Of a DNA stretch of 64,000 nucleotides, positions 51,400-61,830 are shown one piece after another. The DNA is from Gemmatimonadota bacterium. Its GTDB lineage: Bacteria > Gemmatimonadota > Gemmatimonadetes > Palauibacterales > Palauibacteraceae. The position numbers were made by a program, and so were the translations under genes. Under the pieces are notes generated by a model. That model was not told the origin of the DNA. It worked only from the letters and a program-made list of their open reading frames with translations, and searched no databases. Location of the stretch: the NCBI GenBank assembly GCA_039588275.1, contig JBDHAC010000027.1, positions 32,070-96,069 of the forward strand. The letters run 5' to 3'. The first letter of the stretch is position 1. Every line of letters begins with the position of its first letter.

Positions 51400-53379
51400 C
51401 TACCGCGCCCACAGGGCCCCGATGCCCTCCTCGTAGGGTACGAGGGTCCATGCGTCAGCCGGATCCGCCTCGCGCCCCGGCGGGAGCAGCACGAGCGGGA
51501 CGCGATCCGGATAGCGCTCGATGAGCCGCGCGTTCTGGTCGGGACCCAGGTCCCTCGCCCACATGATCCCCGTGCCGGGCAACCCGGGCAGATCACCCTT
51601 CCACAAGAATCCGCTGAGACCGATGATGCCTCGGGCGTCCGCGGCTTCTTCGCGACGGCACCTCTCCTGGCCCTCGTCCGGCGGGACGCGATCCAGCGCC
51701 AGCTGCAGGGTACACGTCGGATATCGCGACAACAGGGCTCGAAGGCTATCCAATCGGAGGCCCTGGCCGGCCAGGCGTCCCCCCACCCGGTCGCTCCACG
51801 CCTCGTGCACGAAGCCGAGCGCCGGGACCGCGGGCGCGCCCCCCGGTTGCGGGTCCAACCGTGATGTGAACCGCTGGAGCCGAGTCGCTCCGCCATATGC
51901 GAGGCCGTAGGCGAGCAGCAGCAGGAACGCCACGGAGGCTCCCTCGGAAACCCACTTCACCTGGCCTCGTGTACGTCGCAGCGCGCCCACGAGACCGATC
52001 CCGGAGAGGACGGCCAACAGGCACCAGGCCGGGGCGGCCTCACCGAGCATGCGCGGGCCGAACACGAGATCGTGGTGCCAGTACAGCGCGCTCGCGATGA
52101 CGGGCAGTCCGGCCCACGCCAGGAGGATGCGCTCGCCGCGGCTCAGTCGCCGGGCAATCAACAGGTAGACCCCGATCAGCGCGACGAGCGGGACGGGCGT
52201 GCCGAGCAGGTCGCGGCCCAGCGTCACGAGCTCGGCGGAGGAATAGCCCACTCCGTCGGCCACACCGTAGGGCCGCCCCCACGGATCGACATGGAAGCCC
52301 AAGCCATGGTTCGGACCTGCGGCGGCCTGGTATCCGAGCCGAAACGGGCTCCCGAAGAAGTGGCGATTGAACGCACCGAACCCGATGGCGAACGGAAGAC
52401 CTCCAATCACCAGGGCGGCTGCTCGCTTCAGAAGAGCTCCTCTTCCCCCAGCGCCCGACAGAAGGCCGTGCCACCACACGCCGATCGTGACCACCGCGCC
52501 GATGATGAGCCCCGTGAGAGGCCTGGTGATCACCATCCACCCCACGGCGGCTCCCGTCGCTGTCGCCCAGCTCCAATGCCCGTCCTCGGCTCGTAGCGCG
52601 CAGTAGAGCGCGAGCGCCGCGAGCGCCGCCATGGTCGCGTGGCTCATGTAGCCGGCCGCCAGGCCGAGGAGCAGGGGGCTCCCGGCCACGAGGATCGAGC
52701 CCGCGCGGACCTGCGCCCTTCGGTCGGGGAGTAGTCTCTCCATGGACAGCGCCGTGAACAGCGCCGTGATCCCCATCGCCAGGACACCGATCAGCCACGG
52801 AGCGCCGAGCAGGATGCCGATGGCGAGCGCGAGCGAGTGGCCCGGCGGGTATTGCGAGACCCACCCGGCCTCGGTGTGGACCATGAACTGGATCGACCAG
52901 AACTCGGGCAACTCGAGCGGCGGGGCCGACAGGTGGCCGGACGCGAAGTACCGAGCCTGGATGAGCTGAACGCTGGCGTCGATCAGGACCGTTTGCGCCT
53001 TGAAGACCCCGAACGTCACCCAGAGGGTGAGAAGACTCGCCAGGAGCCCGATTCCGAGGGCGAACGGCACGCGCGGAAGCGATCGCAGCGTCTGGCCGAC
53101 GCGCTCGAACAGGTGTGTCCCCCGCCCTCGGAGGAGGGCCCCCAGGACCAGACCCGCCGCGAGGGCGACGCCGAGGTAAACCCACCCCATGCGCCATTGC
53201 TGCTCGGCGGACCCGGCCATCAAGCGACCGGTCACACCGGTATGGGGTGCGTCGACGATGCGGAACACGGGGACCACGACCGCCAGGACGAGAACCAGCC
53301 CGGCGAGGCGGCGTAGTCCGTCAGCGACCGCCGGCATCGCCGGTTGCCGACTCACACGCCGACGGCCCTCGGCTACCAC
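51400..53379 (-). CDS. Polytopic membrane protein, probable GT-C fold glycosyltransferase
   Basis: Many TM; SQYPPG, YMSH, TRP, FGSPF..GY, FGPR patterns seen in ArnT/PMT-like proteins. Confidence 0.65.
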   Translation of the reverse strand: MVAEGRRRVSRQPAMPAVADGLRRLAGLVLVLAVVVPVFRIVDAPHTGVTGRLMAGSAEQQWRMGWVYLGVALAAGLVLGALLRGRGTHLFERVGQTLRSLPRVPFALGIGLLASLLTLWVTFGVFKAQTVLIDASVQLIQARYFASGHLSAPPLELPEFWSIQFMVHTEAGWVSQYPPGHSLALAIGILLGAPWLIGVLAMGITALFTALSMERLLPDRRAQVRAGSILVAGSPLLLGLAAGYMSHATMAALAALALYCALRAEDGHWSWATATGAAVGWMVITRPLTGLIIGAVVTIGVWWHGLLSGAGGRGALLKRAAALVIGGLPFAIGFGAFNRHFFGSPFRLGYQAAAGPNHGLGFHVDPWGRPYGVADGVGYSSAELVTLGRDLLGTPVPLVALIGVYLLIARRLSRGERILLAWAGLPVIASALYWHHDLVFGPRMLGEAAPAWCLLAVLSGIGLVGALRRTRGQVKWVSEGASVAFLLLLAYGLAYGGATRLQRFTSRLDPQPGGAPAVPALGFVHEAWSDRVGGRLAGQGLRLDSLRALLSRYPTCTLQLALDRVPPDEGQERCRREEAADARGIIGLSGFLWKGDLPGLPGTGIMWARDLGPDQNARLIERYPDRVPLVLLPPGREADPADAWTLVPYEEGIGALWAR

Positions 53380-53406
53380 CCGCTCGCGCCCCCGGCCCGG
53401 CCGCGC

Positions 53407-55665
53407 TCAGGCGGTCGTGCGGGGTTCCCCGTCTTCGGCCGGACCCAGGTGCTCGAGCAGGAAATCGGAGATCAGCCGGAACAGGTTCACTCGGGTTACG
53501 CTACCCGTGATGCCATGTCGCTTGTTGGGGTAGATGCGCATCCGGAACTGTTTGTCCGCCTGCTCGAGCGCGTCGACCATCTGGAGCATGTTCTGCGAGT
53601 GCACGTTGTCGTCCCCGGTACCGTGCACGATGAGCAGCGGCGATTCCAGCTCCGCAGCGTAACTCACGGGGGCGCCGCGCTCATACCCCTCCGGATTCTC
53701 CTGCGGAGTGCGCATGAATCGCTCGGTGTAGATGGTGTCGTACAGCTTCCAGTCAGACACCGGGGCGACGGAAACGCCCGCCGCCACGCGACCTTCGCTT
53801 TGCAGGGTGGTCATCAGCGTCATGTACCCTCCGTAGCTCCAGCCCCATATTCCCACGCGCGCCCCGTCTACGTACGGGAGGTCGGCCAGCTGCGATAGCG
53901 CTGCCAGCTGATCGGCGGTCTCCAGCTGCCCCAGTCTCTGGTATGTCTGCTTCTTGAATTCCCGTCCCCGCGCCCCGGTGCCCCGGTTGTCCACGCTGGC
54001 AACCAGAACGCCCTGCTTGGCCATGTATTGGTGCCACACGTAGCGCGACCCGCCCCAACGATCGATGGCGGTCTGCGACCCGGGTCCGCCATATACGTAC
54101 ATCAAGAGTCCGTACTCGCGGGTGGGATCGAAGTCGGGCGGCTTGAGGATGAACGCGTTCAACGGCGTGCCGTCCGCCGCCTGCACCCGGGTGAACTCAG
54201 GCGTTCCCAGGTCGGCGGCTTCCAAGCGCGCCACCAGTTCGGCGTTGTCGATGAGCGTCCGGACGGTGCGGGGCTCGCGTCCGCGCATGCGTGCGAGGGT
54301 CCACACCGGTGGCCGTTCGATCGTCGAATGATTGTAGATGAGGTACTCGAAATCCGGGCTGAAAGACGCCCCGTACGAGCCTCGCTCGGCGGAGAGGACC
54401 GAGCGGACCTCCGGCGTGCGGGCACCCAGGTCGACGGACAGCAGGGAGCGCGTCAACGGGCTCCCGTAGGCCGCGGTGAAAAACACCCGATCCCGCTCTA
54501 CGTCCACTCCGTCCAGTCCCGTGACCTCCCACTCGCCGCGCGTCAACGGACGCACCAGCGAGCCGTCGCGCTCGTAGAGGTATATGTGCCGCCAGCCATC
54601 TCGCTCGCTGGTCCACAGGAACCGCCGTCCCCCGTCGAGCCACGTCATGTCATCGCGGACATCGACCCAGGCGTCATCCGTCTCGACGAGAATCACCTTC
54701 GTCCGACCCGTCCGCGCGTCGCCGACCAACAGCTCGAGCCGGTTCTGGTGTCGGTTCAAGCGCTGAATCACGACTTCGTCTGCAGATGCCGCCCACTCCA
54801 TGCGCGCGATGTAAATGTCCGGATCGTCTCCAGTGTCGAACCAAGTCGTCTCGCCGGTTTCCAGATCCAGCGACCCGACGCGCACGCGCGAATTCGGGGT
54901 ACCCGCCTTCGGGTACAGAACCGGGTTGAGCTCCGGGTAGAGCTGCATCTCGTCGATCAGGAAGAAGGGGCGGATGGTGCTCTGGTCGAGCTGCCAATAC
55001 GCGATTCGACGCCCGTCCGGGCTCCAGCGGAAGGCATCGCGCAGACCGAGCTCCTCTTCATAGACCCAGTCCGTGGTCCCGTTGATGATCGTCTCGCTGC
55101 CGTCGGTCGTCAGCCGTCTCTCGGCGCCCGTCGACAGGTCGGTGACGTACAGGTCATGGTCACGGACGAAGGCGACAAATCCCGCATCCGGTGACAGCTT
55201 CGCGAACATCTGCCCGCCCGTCGTCCGACTAATGGGGGTCAGCGAGCGCCGGTCGAGATCGAATACGTAGTAGGTGCCCCTCGTTCGGGCGCGCCACACC
55301 TGCTCGGAATCGGTGAACAGGAGGACCGCCCGCTCATCTCCCGAGAACGCGAAGCGCTCGATTTCAATGCTCGCCTCCGCACCCTCGGGTACGAGCTCCT
55401 CGGTGCGGATGAGCGGCTCGCGCCCGCCCGTCTCGGCATCCACGCGCACCAGCTCCGTGGCTCCCGCGTCGTTCCGGTCGAGCGTCGCCCACGCTCCGTC
55501 CCGCATCCAGGTGCCGGAGAAGGAGGCGCTCGTGAAGTCACCGCTTCCGTGGATGCGCTCGAGCGAGAACTCGCCCTCGCCGCCCGTCTCGCCCTGAGCA
55601 GCGATCGAGTGCGGGATCGCCGTCACGGTCAGGAGCACGAGCGCGGCTCGCAGGAATGCGGTCAT
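53407..55665 (-). CDS. S9 family dipeptidyl peptidase IV
   Basis: DWVYEEE, YGGPGSQ, GWSYGG, HGTGDDNVH, KRHG; signal peptide; start set at ATG 55665. Confidence 0.93.
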   Translation of the reverse strand: MTAFLRAALVLLTVTAIPHSIAAQGETGGEGEFSLERIHGSGDFTSASFSGTWMRDGAWATLDRNDAGATELVRVDAETGGREPLIRTEELVPEGAEASIEIERFAFSGDERAVLLFTDSEQVWRARTRGTYYVFDLDRRSLTPISRTTGGQMFAKLSPDAGFVAFVRDHDLYVTDLSTGAERRLTTDGSETIINGTTDWVYEEELGLRDAFRWSPDGRRIAYWQLDQSTIRPFFLIDEMQLYPELNPVLYPKAGTPNSRVRVGSLDLETGETTWFDTGDDPDIYIARMEWAASADEVVIQRLNRHQNRLELLVGDARTGRTKVILVETDDAWVDVRDDMTWLDGGRRFLWTSERDGWRHIYLYERDGSLVRPLTRGEWEVTGLDGVDVERDRVFFTAAYGSPLTRSLLSVDLGARTPEVRSVLSAERGSYGASFSPDFEYLIYNHSTIERPPVWTLARMRGREPRTVRTLIDNAELVARLEAADLGTPEFTRVQAADGTPLNAFILKPPDFDPTREYGLLMYVYGGPGSQTAIDRWGGSRYVWHQYMAKQGVLVASVDNRGTGARGREFKKQTYQRLGQLETADQLAALSQLADLPYVDGARVGIWGWSYGGYMTLMTTLQSEGRVAAGVSVAPVSDWKLYDTIYTERFMRTPQENPEGYERGAPVSYAAELESPLLIVHGTGDDNVHSQNMLQMVDALEQADKQFRMRIYPNKRHGITGSVTRVNLFRLISDFLLEHLGPAEDGEPRTTA

Positions 55666-56052
55666 GCCGCGCGAGCGAATGCCCCGAACGGCGGCTCGCG
55701 ACCGGAATCGGATGTATGCGCGCACGAGGTCCCCTCCGTCTTGGGCGATCGATCTCTCGATTTCGGGCTGGCCGCTTCAGGGACCTGATGGATGATGCCC
55801 CCGTTGCTCGCTGCGCGGCGAGCTGCGGCCGGGGCCGGTTGAATCTATCCCGAGGACCGTCTGTTGTCCCGAGCCGCCTCTGTCGTACCAAGGGCGATCG
55901 GAACGCGCTTTTCAAGCTTGACTTGGACCGCGGCGTCACTACTTTCGCACCGCTGAAGATCACCGTGTACGACCCGGTGGCGTGGCTGGAGCTTCAGCGA
56001 CCTGCTAGGCGGTTTCGCGGCGCATCCGGTGCACTGAATACGATTAAGCTCG

Positions 56053-57093
56053 ATGTCGCTTCTCGCTCTCACAGACGTGGTGAAAGCGTTCGATGGCGTG
56101 CGCGCCGTCGACGAGGTCAGCTTCGTCATCGACCGAGGCGAAGTGGTTGGCTTTCTGGGCCCGAACGGGGCGGGAAAGACGACCACGATGCGCCTCCTGA
56201 CGAAGTTCCTCGAGCCCGATGCTGGACGCATCGAGATCGACGGCGTCTCGATCGAGGAAAGCGGATCGGAGATGCACCGTCGGATCGGCTACCTGCCCGA
56301 GGCCAATCCCCTGTACACAGGCATGCTCGTCCGGGAGTACATCGACTTCATGGGCCGCTTGCGTGGGATGTCGGCCGAGGATCGACGCCGGCGCACCGAC
56401 GATGTCGTGGCTCAGACCGGCATCGAGGACGTGTACTACCGTCCGATAGGCCAGCTCTCCAAAGGATACCGGCAGAGAGTCGGATTGGCCCAAGCCATCC
56501 TGTCGGAGCCCGAGATCTTGATTCTCGACGAGCCCACCGAGGGACTCGATCCGAATCAGCGGGTGGAGATCCGGCACCTGATCACCGAGTTGGGCGGCGA
56601 TCGGACGGTGCTCCTCAGCACACACGTGATGCAGGAGGTGCAGCGTTCGTGCAGCCGCGTGTTGATCATCAACCGCGGACGGATCATCGCCGACGGGTCG
56701 GTCGCCTCGCTCGTGGCGTCGGGAGGGCGGGGCACTCGGGTCACCGTAGAGGTCGAGGCGCCGCTGGCCGAGGCCCGCGTGGCGATCGAGGCGCTCGACT
56801 CCGTCGCGACCGTCGAACCCGCCGACCCCGCGCTGGGACACGGGCGAGCCCCGGAGCCGGGTTCGGGGCGTTCCCGACTCACGGTGAGCGGCAGCGGTGG
56901 ACTCGATCCACGGGTGAACATCTTCGAGTTGGCCGCGGCCCGCGGCTGGCCGCTTTGGGAGCTGCATCTCGAACAGGAGAGCCTCGAAGACCTGTTCCGG
57001 CAGCTCACCGGGGCGGAAGCGGCTCCGGGGCCCGCCACCGACCTCGAGGTGAGAGCGGAGACCGGGGAATCCGAGCCGGAGGCGGACTCATGA
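56053..57093 (+). CDS. ABC transporter ATP-binding protein (GldA-like)
   Basis: GPNGAGKT, LSKGYRQRVGLAQA, LDEPT, LSTH. Confidence 0.92.
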   Translation: MSLLALTDVVKAFDGVRAVDEVSFVIDRGEVVGFLGPNGAGKTTTMRLLTKFLEPDAGRIEIDGVSIEESGSEMHRRIGYLPEANPLYTGMLVREYIDFMGRLRGMSAEDRRRRTDDVVAQTGIEDVYYRPIGQLSKGYRQRVGLAQAILSEPEILILDEPTEGLDPNQRVEIRHLITELGGDRTVLLSTHVMQEVQRSCSRVLIINRGRIIADGSVASLVASGGRGTRVTVEVEAPLAEARVAIEALDSVATVEPADPALGHGRAPEPGSGRSRLTVSGSGGLDPRVNIFELAAARGWPLWELHLEQESLEDLFRQLTGAEAAPGPATDLEVRAETGESEPEADS

Positions 57094-59396
57094 TAAGCCG
57101 CATCTGGACGATCGCGCGACGCGAGGTGGCCGGCTACTTCGACCACGCGACGGCCTATATCCTCCTGGTCGTCTTCCTGGGCATCAACTTCTTTTTCTTC
57201 TTCAGGGACGCGTATCTAGTCGGGGAGGGCTCGCTCCGGTCGATGATCGGCCTCCTGCCGTGGCTGCTGCTCTTCTTCGTCCCGGCGGTGAGCATGCGCT
57301 CCATTGCAGAGGAGCGTCAGACGGGCACGCTCGAGCTAGTGTTGGCGCAGCCCCTGAGCGTCCTCGAGTTCCTGCTGGGAAAGGCCGCCGGCGTGTTCCT
57401 CTTCCTCGCGATCGCGCTCCTCGGGACGGTGGGTGTCCCGCTCACCCTGGCGTGGGGTGCCGATCTGCAGTGGGGAGTGGTCTTCGCCCAGTATCTGGGA
57501 GCGGGATTCCTGCTTGCGGCCCTCGTCGCCATCGGCTTATGGGCCTCCTCGCTCACGCGGAACCAGGTCACGGCGTTCATCCTCGGAGTCGCGATCACCT
57601 TCGCCCTCTACCTGATCGGACTCGAGGTCGTGGTCCTCGGTCTTCCTCCGGTCCTCGGAACCATCGCTACGCGCCTCGGGATTCTCGGCCATTTCGAGAA
57701 CGTGGCGCGTGGCGTGATCGACCTCCGGGATGTGCTCTACTTCGCGGCCGTGACGGCGGCCTTTCTGGCATTGACGTACTTCTCGCTCATGCGAGGCATC
57801 TTGAGTCGCGAGCGCGAGCCGTATCGCCGCCTCGTCGCCGGCACCGCCGGGCTGGTGGTCCTGGCGATCCTGGCCAGCGTCGTGGGCGCGCAGCTTCGAG
57901 GCAGGCTGGACCTTACGCCGGGCAAGCTGTACACGCTGTCCGACGCCACCCGGGACCTGGTCCGAGGCCTCGACGACATCGTCACCATAAAGTTCTTCAG
58001 ATCGCAGGAGATCCCCCCGCAGTTCACTTCGCTCAAGCGGGATGTCGAGGATGTGCTGCGTGACTTCGATGCGGCGGGAGGGTCGAACCTCAACCTGATC
58101 CGGTTCTCGCCCGACGATGACGAGGAGGCGGAGCGAGAGGCTCGCTCGCTGGGCATCCAGCCGGTCGAGTTCAACGTCTTTGGCGAGGAGGAGTTGCAGG
58201 TCAGGTCTGGATACCTCGGGCTGGCGGTCCAATACGCCGACAAGGTGGAAGCCATACCCTTCGTACGGGCATCGGCCGACCTGGAGTACCGACTCGCTTC
58301 GATGATCCGCTCGATGGTCTCGGAGCGGCGCCCCGCGGTCGCTTTCCTGACGGGACACGGCGAGCTGGATCCGTTCCGCCAGATGCGTATCGTGTCCACG
58401 CAGCTGCGCGAGGAGTACCAGGTGCAAACGTTGCGGCTGGACACCGCCCTGGTGCAGATCCCGGACTCGATCGACGTGCTGGTGGTGGCCGGTCCCCGCA
58501 CGCCGCTGAGCGAGCTGGAAGGGCGACAGTTGGGAGAATACCTCGAGGGCGGCGGGGATGCGCTGATCATGCTGCCCGGCGTGCAGGTCAACGAGCAGAC
58601 GCTCGTCGCCGAGCCCGGTTTCCACCCCGTGCTCGACTCCCTACTCGCCTCGCACGGGGCCAGGGTCACACCCGGGGTGGCGTACGACCTCCGGGCACAC
58701 CAGAACGTTCAGCTTCGCGGGGCCGCCGGCGTCCCGATCCTGCGCCAGTATCCGCTGTGGCCGATCAGCCAGGCTGCCTCCGGTCACGTGATCGTGCGCG
58801 ACCTGGGAGCCGTCCCGGTGCAGTGGTCCAGTCCGCTCGAGCTGACTACGACGGACACCGCCTCCGTGACCCCGCTTCTCATCACGACCCAGTACGGTGG
58901 GACTCTCAGCGCACCGGTCTCGGTGGACGTGAACCAGGATTGGTCGAGCGTTCAAGCGGAGGATCTGGCGCCGCAAGTCGTCGCTGCGGCGATGGGCGGC
59001 TCTCCTGCCGAAGCCTCCGGCGAGACGGGCGGCGCAACGGGCGAGAACGAGCCCGGCGGGGCCGGAAGCCAGGCCGCGCGTGGACGGATCGTGCTGCTCG
59101 GGACCGCCTCGTTGGTTCAGGACGAGATACTGGAAGGGCTCGGTCCCGGCGGGTGGACGTTCTTTCAGAACGCCGTCGACTGGCTCGCCCAGGACGAGGC
59201 GCTGATCTCGATCCGATCCAAAGACCGGGCACCGCCCCAGTTGGTGTTCCGATCCGCTCTCGCGCGTGACGCGGCCAAGTACGGCAACCTGATCGGCGTG
59301 CCTTTGTTGTTCGTCATGTTCGGGATGTTCAGGCTGGCGCGCCGCCGGGCGTCGCACCTGCGCGTGTACTCGTCGGCAGGCAGAGACGCGACATGA
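57090..59396 (+). CDS. Fused ABC-2 permease / GldG-type auxiliary protein (GldF-GldG-like)
   Basis: MRSIAEERQTGTLE, SSLTRNQV, RGVIDLRD, then DLT...YTLS, FLTGHGE, NAVDWL; ATGA overlap at 57090. Confidence 0.85.
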   Translation: MISRIWTIARREVAGYFDHATAYILLVVFLGINFFFFFRDAYLVGEGSLRSMIGLLPWLLLFFVPAVSMRSIAEERQTGTLELVLAQPLSVLEFLLGKAAGVFLFLAIALLGTVGVPLTLAWGADLQWGVVFAQYLGAGFLLAALVAIGLWASSLTRNQVTAFILGVAITFALYLIGLEVVVLGLPPVLGTIATRLGILGHFENVARGVIDLRDVLYFAAVTAAFLALTYFSLMRGILSREREPYRRLVAGTAGLVVLAILASVVGAQLRGRLDLTPGKLYTLSDATRDLVRGLDDIVTIKFFRSQEIPPQFTSLKRDVEDVLRDFDAAGGSNLNLIRFSPDDDEEAEREARSLGIQPVEFNVFGEEELQVRSGYLGLAVQYADKVEAIPFVRASADLEYRLASMIRSMVSERRPAVAFLTGHGELDPFRQMRIVSTQLREEYQVQTLRLDTALVQIPDSIDVLVVAGPRTPLSELEGRQLGEYLEGGGDALIMLPGVQVNEQTLVAEPGFHPVLDSLLASHGARVTPGVAYDLRAHQNVQLRGAAGVPILRQYPLWPISQAASGHVIVRDLGAVPVQWSSPLELTTTDTASVTPLLITTQYGGTLSAPVSVDVNQDWSSVQAEDLAPQVVAAAMGGSPAEASGETGGATGENEPGGAGSQAARGRIVLLGTASLVQDEILEGLGPGGWTFFQNAVDWLAQDEALISIRSKDRAPPQLVFRSALARDAAKYGNLIGVPLLFVMFGMFRLARRRASHLRVYSSAGRDAT

Positions 59397-60337
59397 GCGC
59401 CAAACAGCTCAGGCTCATCGCGGTCCTTCTCGGAGTCCTCGCGCTCCTGGTGCTACTCAGGCTCGGTCGCTCGGACGGCGGCGGTTCCATCGACGTGGGC
59501 GCCGGCTTTTCCCTCGATCTCGTCGGGGAGCCGGTCCGCGTGGACATTCTACAGCCGGTGCTGGGGGAGACGATCCGGCTCGAACGAGACGGCGAGAGGT
59601 GGGTGGTGGATGGTCACCCGGCCGACTCCGCGAAGATCGCCGATCTCCTGCCCGCTCTCGCGGAGGCGCGGTCGACCGAGCTCGTGGCTCGAAACCCGGA
59701 CAATCACGACGCGCTCGGCGTATCCGACGAGAGCGGCAGGCGGATAGAGCTGCATATGCAGACCGGCGAGCCAGTCGCCTTTCACCTTGGAAACCGGGAC
59801 TTCGGGCGAGGTGGGTATTATGTGCGGGACTCCGCAGCCGTGGAGGTCTACCGGCTGGATGGGCCCGTGGGCGGCTTCCTCAGTCGGGATCGAGATGGGT
59901 GGCGCGATCGCCTGATCGCGGCGCTCGACACGGCCGCGCTGCGAGAGATCCTGATCCGGCGGGGAGACGCTGAGGCCACGCTGGTGAGAAGCGAAGGAAG
60001 ATGGCAGGTGGGTGGCCTGCCTGCCGACCCCTCGACGGTCGAAGACCTCCTGCAGATGCTCGCGACGCTGTCCGCCAGCACGGGGTTCCCGAGCGATGCC
60101 CAGGCGGACGAGGCCGACTTTTCGAGACCCGATGGGGCGCTCGACGTCTTCGCGGTCGGCGAAGGCGACATCACCGCGCGATCCCTCGTGCTCTCGCTCA
60201 GATTCGTCGAGGCGGAGGGTGAGGGTGGCGAGTGGTGGGCCCGCCGTGCGGATGAGCGCGAGACGTATGGTCTCTCCGCCGCCTCCGTCCGCCGCTTGCT
60301 GCCGGCGGGAAGCCGGCTGCTACCCGCGGATCGCTGA
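59393..60337 (+). CDS. DUF4340 domain protein
   Basis: N-terminal TM, duplicated W...PAD modules, YYVR, WRDR; usual third gene after GldG-type ABC systems. Confidence 0.75.
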   Translation: MSAKQLRLIAVLLGVLALLVLLRLGRSDGGGSIDVGAGFSLDLVGEPVRVDILQPVLGETIRLERDGERWVVDGHPADSAKIADLLPALAEARSTELVARNPDNHDALGVSDESGRRIELHMQTGEPVAFHLGNRDFGRGGYYVRDSAAVEVYRLDGPVGGFLSRDRDGWRDRLIAALDTAALREILIRRGDAEATLVRSEGRWQVGGLPADPSTVEDLLQMLATLSASTGFPSDAQADEADFSRPDGALDVFAVGEGDITARSLVLSLRFVEAEGEGGEWWARRADERETYGLSAASVRRLLPAGSRLLPADR

Positions 60338-60348
60338 CAAGACGCCGG

Positions 60349-61782
60349 TCAGTCGAGCCCGGGCTCGGTCATCGCGCGAAAATCGAGGATTCGGTCCACT
60401 TCGTCCTCGCTCATCAGACCCTCCGCCAGCACGACCTCGCGCAACGTCCGGTCCTCCTTGAGCGAGCGTTTGGCCACATCGGCCGCCTTGTCGTAGCCGA
60501 TGGTCGGGGCGAGGGCCGTCGCCAGGGCGGCCGTGCTCTCCGCGTTCCGGCGGCAGCGGTCCTCGTTCACCGTGATGCCACGGAGGCAACGCTCCGTGAA
60601 TTCGCGGCTCGCGGAGGAGAGGATCGCGATGCTTTCGAGCAGGTTGTGCACCATCACGGGGATCATGACGTTGAGCTCGAACACTCCCGACTGACCACCG
60701 ATCACGATCGCCGTGTCGTTGCCGATGACCTGCGCGCACACCTGAAGCACCGACTCGGCCATCACCGGGTTCACCTTGCCCGGCATGATCGACGAGCCCG
60801 GCTGCACCGCCGGGAGGTTGATCTCTCCGATGCCCGTGCGCGGCCCGCAGGACAGCCAACGGATATCGTTGGCGATCTTGGTGAGGCTGACAGCCACCGT
60901 TCGCAGCGCACCGCTCGCCTCGACGACCGCGTCGCGACCCGACTGCGCCTCGAAGTGATTCTCGGCTTCCCGAAACTGCACGCCCAGGCGCTCCGACAGG
61001 CCAGCGGCCATCCGCCGGCCGAACTCGGGATGGGTATTGATGCCGGTGCCGACCGCCGTTCCGCCGATCGCCAGCTCCGCCAGGGAATCGCGGGCCTTCT
61101 CGACCCTTCGTATCCCGTGCGCTACCTGGCTCGCGTACCCTCCGAACTCCTGCCCCAGACGGATCGGGGTCGCATCCTGCAGGTGGGTCCGCCCCGCTTT
61201 CGGCACGCTGTCGAACTCGTGCGATTTGTCCTCCAACGCCTCCTGGAGCAGACGGAGAGCCGGGAGCAGCTCACGGTCCACCGCGAGCAGCGCGGAGACG
61301 TGCGTGGCCGTCGGGATCACGTCGTTGGAAGACTGCCCGAGGTTCACGTGGTCGTTGGGGTGCACGGGCTCCCGGGTCCCGACCTCACCGCCCAGCAACT
61401 GGATCGCGCGGTTCGCGATCACCTCGTTCGCGTTCATGTTGGTGGAGGTTCCGGAGCCCGTCTGGAAGATGTCGAGCACGAAGTGCTCATCCAGTGCACC
61501 CTCCATGACTTCGGTCGCGGCGCGCTGGATCGCATCGGCCCGCGCGGCGTCCAGCAGATCCAGCTCCAGGTTGACGGTGGCGGCCGTGAGCTTGATGGCC
61601 CCCAGCGCCTCCAGAAAGCGCCGGCTGAAGCGCAGCCCGCTGATCGGGAAATTCTGCCGGGCGCGCTCGGTCTGCGCGCCGTACAGCTTGTCGGATGGGA
61701 TCCGAACCTCCCCCATCGAGTCGCGCTCGATCCGGTGATCCGACTCCACTTCTGCCTCCGGGGCCATCGTTTGCCCAGACAC
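60349..61782 (-). CDS. fumC: Class II fumarate hydratase
   Basis: QTGSGTSTNMNANEV, GRTHLQDA, GSSIMPGKVNP, FELNV. Confidence 0.93.
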   Translation of the reverse strand: MSGQTMAPEAEVESDHRIERDSMGEVRIPSDKLYGAQTERARQNFPISGLRFSRRFLEALGAIKLTAATVNLELDLLDAARADAIQRAATEVMEGALDEHFVLDIFQTGSGTSTNMNANEVIANRAIQLLGGEVGTREPVHPNDHVNLGQSSNDVIPTATHVSALLAVDRELLPALRLLQEALEDKSHEFDSVPKAGRTHLQDATPIRLGQEFGGYASQVAHGIRRVEKARDSLAELAIGGTAVGTGINTHPEFGRRMAAGLSERLGVQFREAENHFEAQSGRDAVVEASGALRTVAVSLTKIANDIRWLSCGPRTGIGEINLPAVQPGSSIMPGKVNPVMAESVLQVCAQVIGNDTAIVIGGQSGVFELNVMIPVMVHNLLESIAILSSASREFTERCLRGITVNEDRCRRNAESTAALATALAPTIGYDKAADVAKRSLKEDRTLREVVLAEGLMSEDEVDRILDFRAMTEPGLD

Positions 61783-61830
61783 GTCCTCTATCTCCTTCGA
61801 GACCGTTGTCTCCTTCGAGATTCCAGTCGC

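Noticed and set aside
55656..57089. N-terminal 478 codons of the 1246-aa ORF
   Set aside because: Arg-rich off-frame read-through over the ABC ATPase gene; the real protein starts at ATG 57090
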